Shown here piece by piece: positions 53,733-64,000 of a stretch of 64,000 nt of DNA (positions within the stretch are counted from its first letter, which is position 1; every line of letters begins with the position of its first letter). Source of the stretch: Octopus sinensis. Lineage: Eukaryota. The notes under the pieces are model-generated. The model did not search any database. It saw only the letters and a program-made list of their open reading frames with translations, and was not told the DNA's origin. The stretch is from NCBI RefSeq assembly GCF_006345805.1, contig NC_043009.1, positions 27,776,001 through 27,840,000 on the forward strand. The letters are read 5' to 3'. Made by a program: the position numbers and the translations under genes.

Positions 53733-54259
53733 CAGCAGCAAGAATATTAAAAGTTAGTAACGATGTTGAATGCAGTTGTTATTTAGCACCAGGTGAGCTG
53801 TGAAGAAGCAGATCAATGGTAAAAAATCAAAACAGAGATGTAACATGAGAGAAGGAATGGGTAGAACAAGCTGGCAGGGGTCACGGTCCCCCACCGCCAC
53901 CATGGGCACAGATGTGAAGGGGCACAGAATTTCTTCTAGTCAGCTTCTTCACATTGCTGCTATTAAGGCTGCAAATCAGAAGGGTCATTACAACATCTGA
54001 ATTCAAAGCCTACCAATATCAACTGCACTTTTTATTCCTTGAGGGTGGGAATCAATAAAAGAAGCATCAGTCTAGTATTAGGGAACATTTCTTTTTTTCA
54101 TGGAACTGAATCAGCTGCATAGAAATGGCTTGGATATGAGTGGTTGTATTTGTGTGTGTGTAATGTGTTTTACTGTACACGTTCTTATTTAAATGCTCAG
54201 GATAAGGAAAAACTACTTTGTATACATATAGACACAGATATGCATATAAATATGTATAT

Positions 54260-54422
54260 AGCTGGAATTTACAAAAAACAAAACAAACAAAACAAAAGAC
54301 AAAGACAGGTGTGTAAACAACAAAGAGATGTATCAATTAACACTCAGGAAGTGAGAAAGTCTTTTACATTTTGAGCCTATGCTCTTCAACAGAAAGGAAC
54401 ACAGAAATAAGCAGAGAGAGAA

Positions 54423-54430
<8 letters not shown>
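54260..54430 (-). mobile_element. Family H element with minimal hammerhead-like motif
   Basis: Minus 54396-54361 reads CTTT-CTGTTGA-A-GAGC-ATAG-GCTC-AAAAT-GTA-AAAG, identical to the 27.4-kb motif except one core base. Confidence 0.75.
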
Positions 54431-54468
<38 letters not shown>

Positions 54469-54473
<5 letters not shown>

Positions 54474-54672
54474 ATTAAAACATGAAAACACAAAGAGAAA
54501 ACACAACAACGCGAGGACATGGAACAAGTATAGTGTTATTGGGCACTCAGGAAAGGAAAGAAAGAAGGAGGATTTAACGTTTTGAGCGGAGCTCATCGTC
54601 AGAAACGTATGAAAAAGAAAGATCCAAGGAAGGGAAGGCGGAGGAAAAAAATTACCAATGGTACACATGCGG

Positions 54673-54680
<8 letters not shown>
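54469..54680 (-). mobile_element. Family G element with minimal hammerhead-like motif
   Basis: Starts directly after (TA)n. Minus 54607-54571 reads CGTTT-CTGACGA-T-GAGC-TCC-GCTC-AAAAC-GTT-AAATC. Confidence 0.75.
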
Positions 54681-54731
<51 letters not shown>

Positions 54732-54941
54732 ATGTGTAATATATCTGCTATAAATAAAACACACAGACATACACACACACACACACATATGTGCATCATT
54801 TAGAATCTGAAATATCTTGAATTGTAACTCTCTGCATTTCATATTTCTGATTGTTGAACCAATCATATAAAGTAACAGCCAGAGATTGTTTAAGAAAATT
54901 TATAATAAATCCAATGAGAAATTGCCCCCATCTCTCTCTCC

Positions 54942-54969
<28 letters not shown>

Positions 54970-54974
<5 letters not shown>

Positions 54975-55800
54975 GCACAACCCACTACAGTAATCCAGCC
55001 CCAAAACGAAGTTAATAACATTATCCAGCACGTATTCAGTTTATCCCTTCCTGAAGACTCTCCTTCAACTATGTAATTCATCATTAGAATAGTACATTAA
55101 AAGACAGTGTCTTCAAAGACAGAATACATCAATATAATATGGTACTGTTACATCTAAATGCAAAAATAAGAAAATGGCGCAATCCTCCTTATAGTTTAAG
55201 TGTTCATTTTAATATTGATGACTTTCCCTAAACCCCTATAGACAAGCATTTCTCACAGACCATAGATATCGTAAGATCTTTAATCAGAGTAATATTTGGC
55301 TGAGCTGCAGTTGCACCAAAATCTTTGTTGCTTCCATAGACACTAGAAAGGCAGAAAACTTTTCTTGTACAATGATATTAAACTCTTTTTCTTAATGTAA
55401 TTAGAGTGGCCATAACGTCTATTCTTTGAAAGATGTGTCTTTCTAAAGTTTATCTTATCGAGTTAATATCTTTCTTAGAAATGACGGTAAAACAAAATAC
55501 TTCTTTTAAAAGAGCTTTTAAAAGAAGGTTTTTATGATAATTGTATTCATTTAGACATTTGACTATTTCACTATTTGAATATATCTTTAGTTTAAGATGA
55601 TAATATCAAGAATTATAAGATAGATTGGTCTATTACGGAGCAAGCTTCCTCCTATATTATCAGTTTTAGAAACTACGATCTCAGTGATTCAAAGAAGTAT
55701 AACCTTCTGTCACAGGTCTTTGAGTTTTGAACAAAATATTGGACTTGGTGGATTCTTGTAAACATCTTTGTTACTATTTACTGAGAAAGTCCAGATGGCT
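54970..55800 (+). mobile_element. Decayed Penelope-like element (probably Naiad-type): RT thumb, linker and GIY-YIG-type endonuclease region
   Basis: With stops and frameshifts: KIRKWRNPPYSLSVHFNI (55175-), IDKHFS (55238-), HRYRKIFNQSNIWLSCSCT, FKRRF, DNIKNYKIDWS (~55600-55631) and LNKILDLVDSCKH. This matches the recalled PLE pattern WFNPP-S-NV-TNIG--F--LIDKHFP--H---KIFNRN-VK-SYSC...I-W-I...LLN---E----CRH. Confidence 0.82.
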
Positions 55801-56535
55801 AACGAATGTCATGTCCTACATAATAGATTAACGATACTCTAGATGAAGACCATAATAATTTAGTGATCAACAGGAAGCACTTCTGTTACTTATGTCTGTT
55901 TTACATACATAGTGCCAAAGATATGAGAACATGTGTTTTTGCTCCATGGAAAAAATTAAAACACCACATGTGCAGATCATAGTAAAGAATAGTTGAATAT
56001 GTGACACATTTTCTAATGTCTTTTAGTTTTTGGCAATAAATCAAATCTCAGTATATAGTTGGCTAATCATCTTTTGATATGCTTGTGAATATATTTTGAT
56101 CAGCACATCCAATGAAATGACCAATCATTTGACCAATCACATCATCAACTGTATAACCATTCAAATGCTTCTAAAACAGTCTTGTATCAATAACTACACA
56201 AAGCATAAATACGGGTTATTTGGCAAGCAACTTGAAATCAAACTACACAATATATAAAAATTTCCTCATAATCATCGTTGTCGTCGTTGTCGTCATTGTC
56301 ATCGTCTTCATCATCATCATTTTAATGTTTACTTTTCTGGTTGCTTGCATGACTTATGCAGAGTTTATTGAAGCAAACACTATTCCTGTCACCAACCCTC
56401 ACCTGTTTCTGAGCAAGGTAATATTTCCCCCCATGGCCAGACTTGTTCTCACAGAATATCGGAAATCAGTGGCACTGATTGTATGAAAGTGACATTTACA
56501 ACTATCTCACACTGTCAATACATGAACATACACAT

Positions 56536-56582
<47 letters not shown>

Positions 56583-56789
56583 ACACACACACACAACACA
56601 CACACACACTCCTACACATAAACACACAGAGACTCCCACAAACACACACACACACAGACATATATGTTTGTGTACTTTTTGAGTTGTATATGAAAACATA
56701 GAACTGAATAAGCACTTGTGAAGATTAGGACAGCTGGTTTATATATATGTATACACACACACACATATATATATATATATTGAATTCAT

Positions 56790-57250
56790 AGCTGTAACCT
56801 ACACCAGTGTCTCATAACCAGCCCACTCAAAAGTACCTTGGATTGTAGGGCGACATGCCATGCTTGAGGAGACCTATTTAGTCAAGTACATCAAAATCAA
56901 ATCAAATCACAATCAAATGGAAATTGTAGTTGTGATCCCTGTGCCGATGGCACATAAAAAGCACCACATGAACATGGCCGATGCCAGTGCTACCTTGACT
57001 GGCTTTCATGCCAGTGGCATGTAAAAAGCACCATCCAGTTTTGGCCGATGCCAGCCCCCTTTGGCCCCTGTACCAGTGGCATGTAAAATTGCACACACTA
57101 CACTCTCAGAGTGGTTGACATTAGGAAGGGCATCCAGCAGTAGAAACACCACCAGATCAGGCTGGAGTCTGGTGCAGCCTCCTGGCTTCCCAGACCCCCA
57201 GTCGAACCGTCCAACCCATGCTAGCATGGAAAACGGACGTTAAACAGTGA
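56790..57250 (+). mobile_element. SINE family C, long copy
   Basis: Internal GCCAGTGGCA(C/T)(A/G)TAAAAAGCACC repeats, TTAGGAAGGGCATCCAGCAGTAGAAAC, tail CATGCTAGCATGGAAAACGGACGTTAAAC. Confidence 0.9.
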
Positions 57251-57687
57251 AACGATGGTATACACACACACACACATTTATATATATACTTCAGTAACTG
57301 CAGCAAGTTGGTGTATTAGTGGTACCATTAAAGCGTAGGATATCATACATTACAAATATTTTTTATGGCTCCTAACATTCTGATTTCAAATACTTCTGAG
57401 TTCAACTTGGCCTTCTATATTTCTAGGTTCAATAAAATTCTGTGTCCCTAATAAATTACTGGGGTTCTTGAAATCCAGTCAATACAAACGAGTAATGGGA
57501 CAGAATGAGTCAAAATCTCTTTACTCAGATGTAGAGTTCTAATTAATGACCATGTGGTAAATTGATAATCCAGGTGGAATACATAGCCATCACATCGATA
57601 TTATTATTGATATGTAACAATCTATATTACTGCCAACATACATACAAGCTCACAACCTATTGTTCACTTACACACATGCCTCTCTCT

Positions 57688-57718
<31 letters not shown>

Positions 57719-57959
57719 ACTAAATAGATCCCATTAAAAGGTATAATGCAAAAGAAACAGATGTTTTAGTCACAGCAATTCAGGTCTACCTGAGGAATGC
57801 AAGCATCCATTTGGATTAATATCTACCTGTATATCAGCATCAAACCATTGTATGTTTGTAATGGCAGAATTATAAAAAAAAATGCATAAATACATAAATA
57901 CATACACATACCAAGGCACTTGCATACATACATGCATGGATACATAATCTAAAGAGGCC

Positions 57960-58200
57960 CTTGTTTTGTTGTTGTTGTTGATGTTGTTGCTTAGCCCCAG
58001 GTCAAGCCTGATTGGTTGAGTAAAAATATTGATCAAAAGCATTCCTGCCTGTAACTGTCATGACCATTCCAGCTTTTCCAAGAAAACTTGGATTGCCATT
58101 ATTTAGTGTCATATTCTTTTACTAAGACTGCAGGATATGATCTGAGGGAATTTGGCTGCTATTTCTACCACATTTAGTAACCATGTCAAGTCTCTCTTGT
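57960..58200 (-). mobile_element. Repeat family E, copy 2
   Basis: Homologous to 49420-49680. Confidence 0.6.
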
Positions 58201-58599
58201 CTCATCTATGTCTCATTTATTTATGACTGAAACAAGTAAAATATAAAAGGTACAAGATATGAGGTCTAAATGAGAGACAGGGTACCTTCTCATAAAAAAG
58301 GGCTGCATTGAAATTAACTGTTCTCTCACACAGCCACATTAAAAGAATATATATTTTGCTAATCCTATTATTTAATGAAATATATATATTTATAGAAACT
58401 CTAATGAGATGGAAACAGGTGGGGTTTTGGAATAGTCACTTCCCTGTAACTTTTATTTTTATTTTGTTTTCAAAAATTTCTTTGGAATTTTATGCAAATT
58501 GTAATTACTTTAAACAAATAATTACAAATGTTGCTAAAATTTACAATTAATTTGAAAAGATATGCTCTAAATCTAAATAGTTCAAAGAGAAATCTTGCA

Positions 58600-58900
58600 T
58601 AAATGCTCTGGGGTGCATCATCAGCAAAGTTTCTAGGGTCTTAGGTGGTTTCAAGTCTTTCAACATCAGTTCTCACTCAATTTGTATCCCAGTTGCAACA
58701 AACTACTGGTCTTTGATTAGCCTTCTTTATCCAAAGTCCACAAGTGGCCAACTCAGCTCTGGTGAGGGAATGTATGGCTCTTCTCTCTATGCATATGATT
58801 TTCTTTCAAATGTCATATTTCACTCAGAAGGCTGTACTTAGCCAACCAAGAGATCATACTCAACCCAACACAAGGTCACACTCAGCCTATCAGAAAGCTG
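58600..58900 (-). mobile_element. Second, diverged HERO-like 3' end
   Basis: Minus frame RRAIHSLTRAELATCGLWIKK (cf. RRAIK-I--AAE-AS-WLW-KR), then 3' UTR TGATGTTGAAAGACTTGAAACCACC...CTGATGATG, which resembles recalled HERO 3' UTRs. Confidence 0.55.
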
Positions 58901-60869
58901 CATTCAGCCCATCAAAAGGTTATATGTAGCTCTATGGTCACAGATTCCCTAACAGAACTCAAATGAAAACTTAAAGAAATTCTATTAAAACACTCTTTGC
59001 AGCATTGTAATAATGCTAATAGTAATCACTAAAAAAAAAAAACCTATCCTGTTAAAAGTGAATTAAAACTTTGGGAATTAAAACCCTATATTGGAATTTC
59101 CTGTTTGTGTTTTAGTTTTGGAAACAGCATAAACACATTAACCTCCTCAGAATCCAAATGATTACTTACATGCTTGTGTTTTCAATGGCTGGTGTATTTT
59201 GTAAGTGAATCTATCATTCGCAAATTACATTTTTAAATATTTTCTTCCAAAGATAATATATTCCATATGTGTATAAAATGTGTTCTATCAACATTGTATA
59301 TAACACTTTGAAGATTTATTTTGCCAGTATTACATCTATATTAAATGGGTTTGTCTTTGAAAGTACTTTCTGAAAACACACATAAATAGATTTTAGCATG
59401 TGTATTTGTATCTGTGCTAGTAAATTTGGATACACGCCTGTGAGTTTACACACACACACACACGAGTATATTTATATATTTCTTCTCACAGTATAGAATT
59501 ACACAGATATTATTTCCTTATTACAAACAAAACTCCAAATATATAACTGAAGAATTTGGTGCAATGTAGAGAAATAATAATTTAAAATGGAGACACAATG
59601 TAAAATACCTTGTTAAAAGACAGAATTCAGTGCTTTTATATCTGTAATACGTATCACATTTCCGATGGCAGAAGGGAAACAATTGCACATGTTGTTGCCA
59701 TTTTTCTAACAGAAATCAATACAATTCTATTTAGAGTGGGTGTGTTGCTTTTTTTTTTTTTTAAAAAAAATTCTCTATTTGTGTGATTCACACAGAAATG
59801 TTTATAAAAATAAAACACAAGATAACCACAACCATCACCACCAAAACCACCACAACCCCCACCATCATTATTACACCACAAAAAAAAAAAACTATATACC
59901 CCCAACAACAACCCATGTTGAATCGAATATTTTGCTATTGTTTTGTTGTGATCTATCAACAGGATTGCAAATATTGGTGACAGCATATACAGCTACCAAA
60001 AATTGGATTTTAGGTTTATTACACTTTTGGCAAAAAAAAAGTGCAAACATTTCTGGAGAATTTCTGAGTAGACAAAGTCTTTTTAATGGCTGCAGTGTAG
60101 TTTAATGGTTTCCCATTTATTTTTGAAGTTCTTTCATATATATATATATATATATATGTGTATATGTATATATATCTATCTGTATGTATGTATGTATGTA
60201 TGTATGTATGTATGTATGTATTATATGTATATGTTTTATATCCAGTTATAACAAAGTTTTTCACTGCAGAATTTTACAGTCACACTGCTATAAAATATCG
60301 GCTTGCTTGAATAACTGTCGAAATGAAACCAGCAGCATTGATTTCATCATCATCATCACTATGTCCATCAATTCCATCATCATCATCGTCATGTTTTGGA
60401 TGCCACAATAGTTATATTATGCAATAATTCTACTTCCACTTCGCCAAAAATTATTTTGCATAAATTTTTAACTACTTTATTCAATGTATTCATTTACATA
60501 TATCTACTCTTGCTTCCATTTTCTGATTTTTTTATGGAACTGAATTTACCATTCTTCATTTATACTCACCCTACCTCTCCAACTGACAATAATGGTACTC
60601 TTTATTTCTTCAGACTTTCTTCCTATTCGTGTATAATGCTTGTTCTATTTGAATCATTTTCGATACCTCTAAATTGTATTTTATCTTCACCCATTACGTA
60701 TCCCATTTAGCCATTTATACAACCCATGTTTCGACAATCATCATCATCATCATCATCATAATGGTCTGTATTAAGATTCCTTCTAGAACAACAGAATCTC
60801 AAGAGTAGTCTTCAACTCATATTTTACTGCCATACTAAACTACATTCTTATTTTTCATCTTTTATTATC

Positions 60870-61225
60870 TTTTCCTTGTTTCAATCATTTGACTGTGGCC
60901 ATGCTGGGGCACCGCCTCAAAGAATTTTAGTTGAATAAATCAATCCCAGCTCTTATATTTGTTTAAGCCTGGTACTTATTCTATCAGTCTCTTTTGTTGA
61001 GCTGCTAAGTTATAGGGATGTAAACACACCAACACCAGTTGTTAAGTGGTGGTGGAGGACCAACTAAGATACAAAGACATGCACACACACACACACACAC
61101 GCACACACACACATGCACGTGCAGACACAAGTATATATATGTGTATATGCAATGGACTTCCTTCAGTTTCCCTCTACCGAATCAACTCACAAAGTTTTGG
61201 TCAGCCAGAGGCTATGGAAGACCAC
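60870..61225 (-). mobile_element. SINE family A (head truncated)
   Basis: TTGACTGTGGCCATGCTGGGGCACCGCC ... ACTTATTCTATCAGTCTCTTTTG ... TCAACTCACAAAGTTTTGGTCAGCC. Confidence 0.88.
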
Positions 61226-61494
61226 AGGTATTAAGCAGTCATAAAATGGGGCACAATTGATAATGTAGTCCAAGGTATACTTTGTAGTGGCTGGAATGTT
61301 TTTGATTACTGACTCAGCTCAGTCAGTGTCAACTTGGGTCCCAACAACACCCTAACTAACATACTAATTAGCTCTTATAACAAACAAATTAGTCGTGGTA
61401 AGTGTGAATTACTACTTTCTGACCTTCATTCTCTCATGGTTGATGTCATTGCTCACCCTGACCCTTAAACCAGATCCTAATGTCCATCATCACC

Positions 61495-61725
61495 TCTCAG
61501 GTAAATATCATTACTTCACATCATCTTACAGGTAAAAAATCATTATACATCAACACCCTTACAGGTAAATATCGTCTGGTCTTGCTCAACAGGTAAGCAT
61601 CATTACACATCATTGCTTAACAGGTAAATACCATTGTCTTTAATCAATCTAAAGGTAAGCATCATTGGTCACCATCACCTGACAGGTAATCATCATCACC
61701 CAGTATCAGTTTGCAGAGGTAAACT
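61495..61725 (+). repeat. Degenerate ~31-nt minisatellite whose conserved core is (C/A/G)AG|GTAA
   Basis: GT at 61501, 61532, 61565, 61593, 61624, 61655, 61686 and 61719 (spacings 31, 33, 28, 31, 31, 31, 33). Confidence 0.9.
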
Positions 61726-61912
61726 TTCTTAATCCAACACCCAATCACACCCATAGAATACAGATTAATCAGGATTTCTAATGAGTACATTCTGTTGTGG
61801 CTTTAATACACCAGTCACTCTGCAACCCAAGGAATGGCGGTGGGTGGTTGGGGGAATAGGAACAAAAAGAAGTAGATGTAAAACAATGTTTATGATTATA
61901 ATGATGATGATA

Positions 61913-62320
61913 GGTGCAGGAGTGGCTGTGTGGTAAGTAGCTTGCTTACCAACCACATGGTTCCGGGTTCAGTCCCACTGCATGGCACTTTGGGTAAGTG
62001 TCTTCTACTATAGTCTCAGGCCAACCAAAGCCTTGTGAGTGGATTTGGTAGATGGAAACTGAAAGAAGTCCGTCGTATATATGTATATGTAAATATGTGT
62101 GTGAGTGTTTGTGTATCTGTGTTTGCCACCCGCAACATCGCTTGACAACCAATGCTGGTGTGTTTACGTCCCCGTAGCTTAGTGGTTCAGCAAAAGAGAC
62201 CAATAGAATAAGTACGAGGCTTACAAATAATAAGTCCTGGGTTCAATTTGGTCGACTAAAGGTGGTGCTCCAGCATGGCCACAGTCAAATGACTGAAGCA
62301 AATAAAAGAGTAAAGAGTAA
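61913..62320 (+). mobile_element. SINE family A, full length, young
   Basis: GGTGCAGGAGTGGCTGTGTGGTAAGTAGCTTGC ... GGTTCCGGGTTCAGTCCC ... GCTCCAGCATGGCCACAGTCAAATGACTGAAGCAAATAAAAGAG. Confidence 0.95.
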
Positions 62321-63033
62321 AGAGAGAGAGTGTATGTTGATGGTTGCACAGCTTCTTTTATTATATTAGTATATTGTGAATGTGTGTGTGTCTGTGTCAG
62401 TATGAGTGTGTGTGTGTGTGTGTGTGTGTGTGGTGCGTGTGGGTGCATGCGTGTGAGAATTAGATTAAAAAAAGACTAAAGGAGTATGGGAAAGATTATT
62501 TGCCCTCTAGGTTTTATAGTTCAGCTCACTTTGTATATCTATCTGTCTATTTATCTATTTATCTATCTATATGTATATATGTATACGTGTATGTGCATGC
62601 ATGTGTGTGTATCTATATATATCTATATACACATACATAGGCATATAAATATATTTGCATGCATACAAACACACATACATATAAGCACACGTATTCAAAC
62701 ATCGTTTTCTTCGACTAATAAGACTTTAGCTAATTAATCTCTTTACAATAATTTCATATAAAGAAATTTACCCTGTAAACCACATTAATCAATATACAAT
62801 AATAACAAAATAACGACAACGATGACATCAACAACAGCAAAAACAAGAACATTAACAACAATAAAATATGTAATAAAATAATATAATAATCACAAAATAA
62901 TGAAATATAATGTATAATATATATTTCAGACTATTTTTAAAAACAGAACAGAGTAATTTTTTTCCTTAATTTGATTATATACACAAACTGCTCTCGAGTA
63001 TATATCTATCTATCTGCCTATCTATCTATCTAA

Positions 63034-63065
<32 letters not shown>

Positions 63066-63066
63066 A

Positions 63067-63104
<38 letters not shown>

Positions 63105-63209
63105 CCTATTTACCTATCTATCTATCTATCTATATAGCTATCTATCTATCTATCCACCTATCTATCTGTCTATCTATCTACCTCTCTGTCTGTCTATCTA
63201 TCTATCTAT

Positions 63210-63593
63210 TTATTCTTTTACTTGTTTCAGTCAGTTGACTGGGACACCACCTATTATCGACCTCAGGACTTATTCTTTGTGAGCCTAGCACTTATTCTAT
63301 CAGTCTCTATTTGCCGTACCACTAAGTTATGGGGACGTAAACACACTAGCATCGGATGTCAAGTGATGTTGAGGGGACAAACACAGACACACAAACACAC
63401 ATGCACACACGCATATAAATATACATATATACGATGGGCTTCTTTAAGTTTCCGTCTACTAAATTCACTCACAAGGCTTTGGTCAGCCCAAGGATATACA
63501 GAAGATACTTGCCCAAGGTGCCACGCAGTGGGACTGAATCCAGAACCATGTGGTTGGTAAGCAAGCTACTTACCACACAGCTACTCCTGCACC
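63210..63593 (-). mobile_element. SINE family A, full length
   Basis: Reverse complement of the 61913-62320 copy, including the head (GCTACTTACCACACAGCTACTCCTGCACC). Confidence 0.95.
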
Positions 63594-63615
63594 TATATAT
63601 TTATTCACATTGATA

Positions 63616-63646
<31 letters not shown>

Positions 63647-64000
63647 CTATATATATACACGCACACAAGCACACGCATACACACACAAACACACACACAC
63701 CATTCTCTCGAATATAATGGCTACTTAGGAATAGAGAGTTAATTTTACAAGTGTTTATTGCTATAATTTTAGTTTTTATTTAAACAATGGTTGAGATATT
63801 TTCAAGAGTAGAAAGAATTTTCACAAGTCTTGGAGAAGTTATAAATGGGTGAAAATTTAATAAATTAATTTTTGCCAAATATACAATAATGAAGTAAGTA
63901 TTCTTGAAAATTAAATTTCTTGTCAATAAAAACGCATATTCTTCTATTTATATGTGTGCCTGAGTGGGTGTTTGTTTCTGTGTGTGTTTGTCTGTATTTG

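Noticed and set aside
60720-60760. GTCGAAAC next to (GAT)n on the minus strand
   Set aside because: The TGATGA words come from the microsatellite; no stems.
61495-61725. CRISPR-like reading of the repeat-spacer array
   Set aside because: The conserved core is only ~8-14 nt and degenerate, spacers are related to each other, there are no cas genes, and the context is eukaryotic.

Overview
AT-rich, microsatellite-saturated eukaryotic DNA. The repeat families match from memory those of Octopus, so the source is probably an octopus genome (inference, no search run). I found no confidently identifiable host gene, rRNA, true tRNA or CRISPR array, and nearly all ORFs in the supplied track are translations of (TA)n, (CA)n or (CAT)n repeats. 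The window reads as intronic or intergenic DNA. It contains at least five SINE families (several copies with 16-18 bp target-site duplications), decayed LINE remnants recognised by manual translation (RTE x2, Penelope-like/probably Naiad-type x2, HERO-like x2), and short DNA-transposon derivatives (mariner, piggyBac-like, hAT end, Helentron-type). The most notable pattern is a set of short, mostly (TA)n-anchored elements from several families that carry a minimal hammerhead-ribozyme-like core (stem I-CUGNNGA-A-stem II-GAAAC-GUH-stem I). These co-occur with Penelope-like ORF remnants and one extended hammerhead-like fold at 45618-45717. Also notable are an 8-unit, ~31-nt-period array of AG|GTAA splice-donor consensus motifs between inverted SINEs, and a few weak exon or pseudogene candidates. 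Most repeat boundaries are approximate (about +/-20 nt) unless a TSD or TIR is given. SINE family letters A-E and element letters F-H are my own labels.
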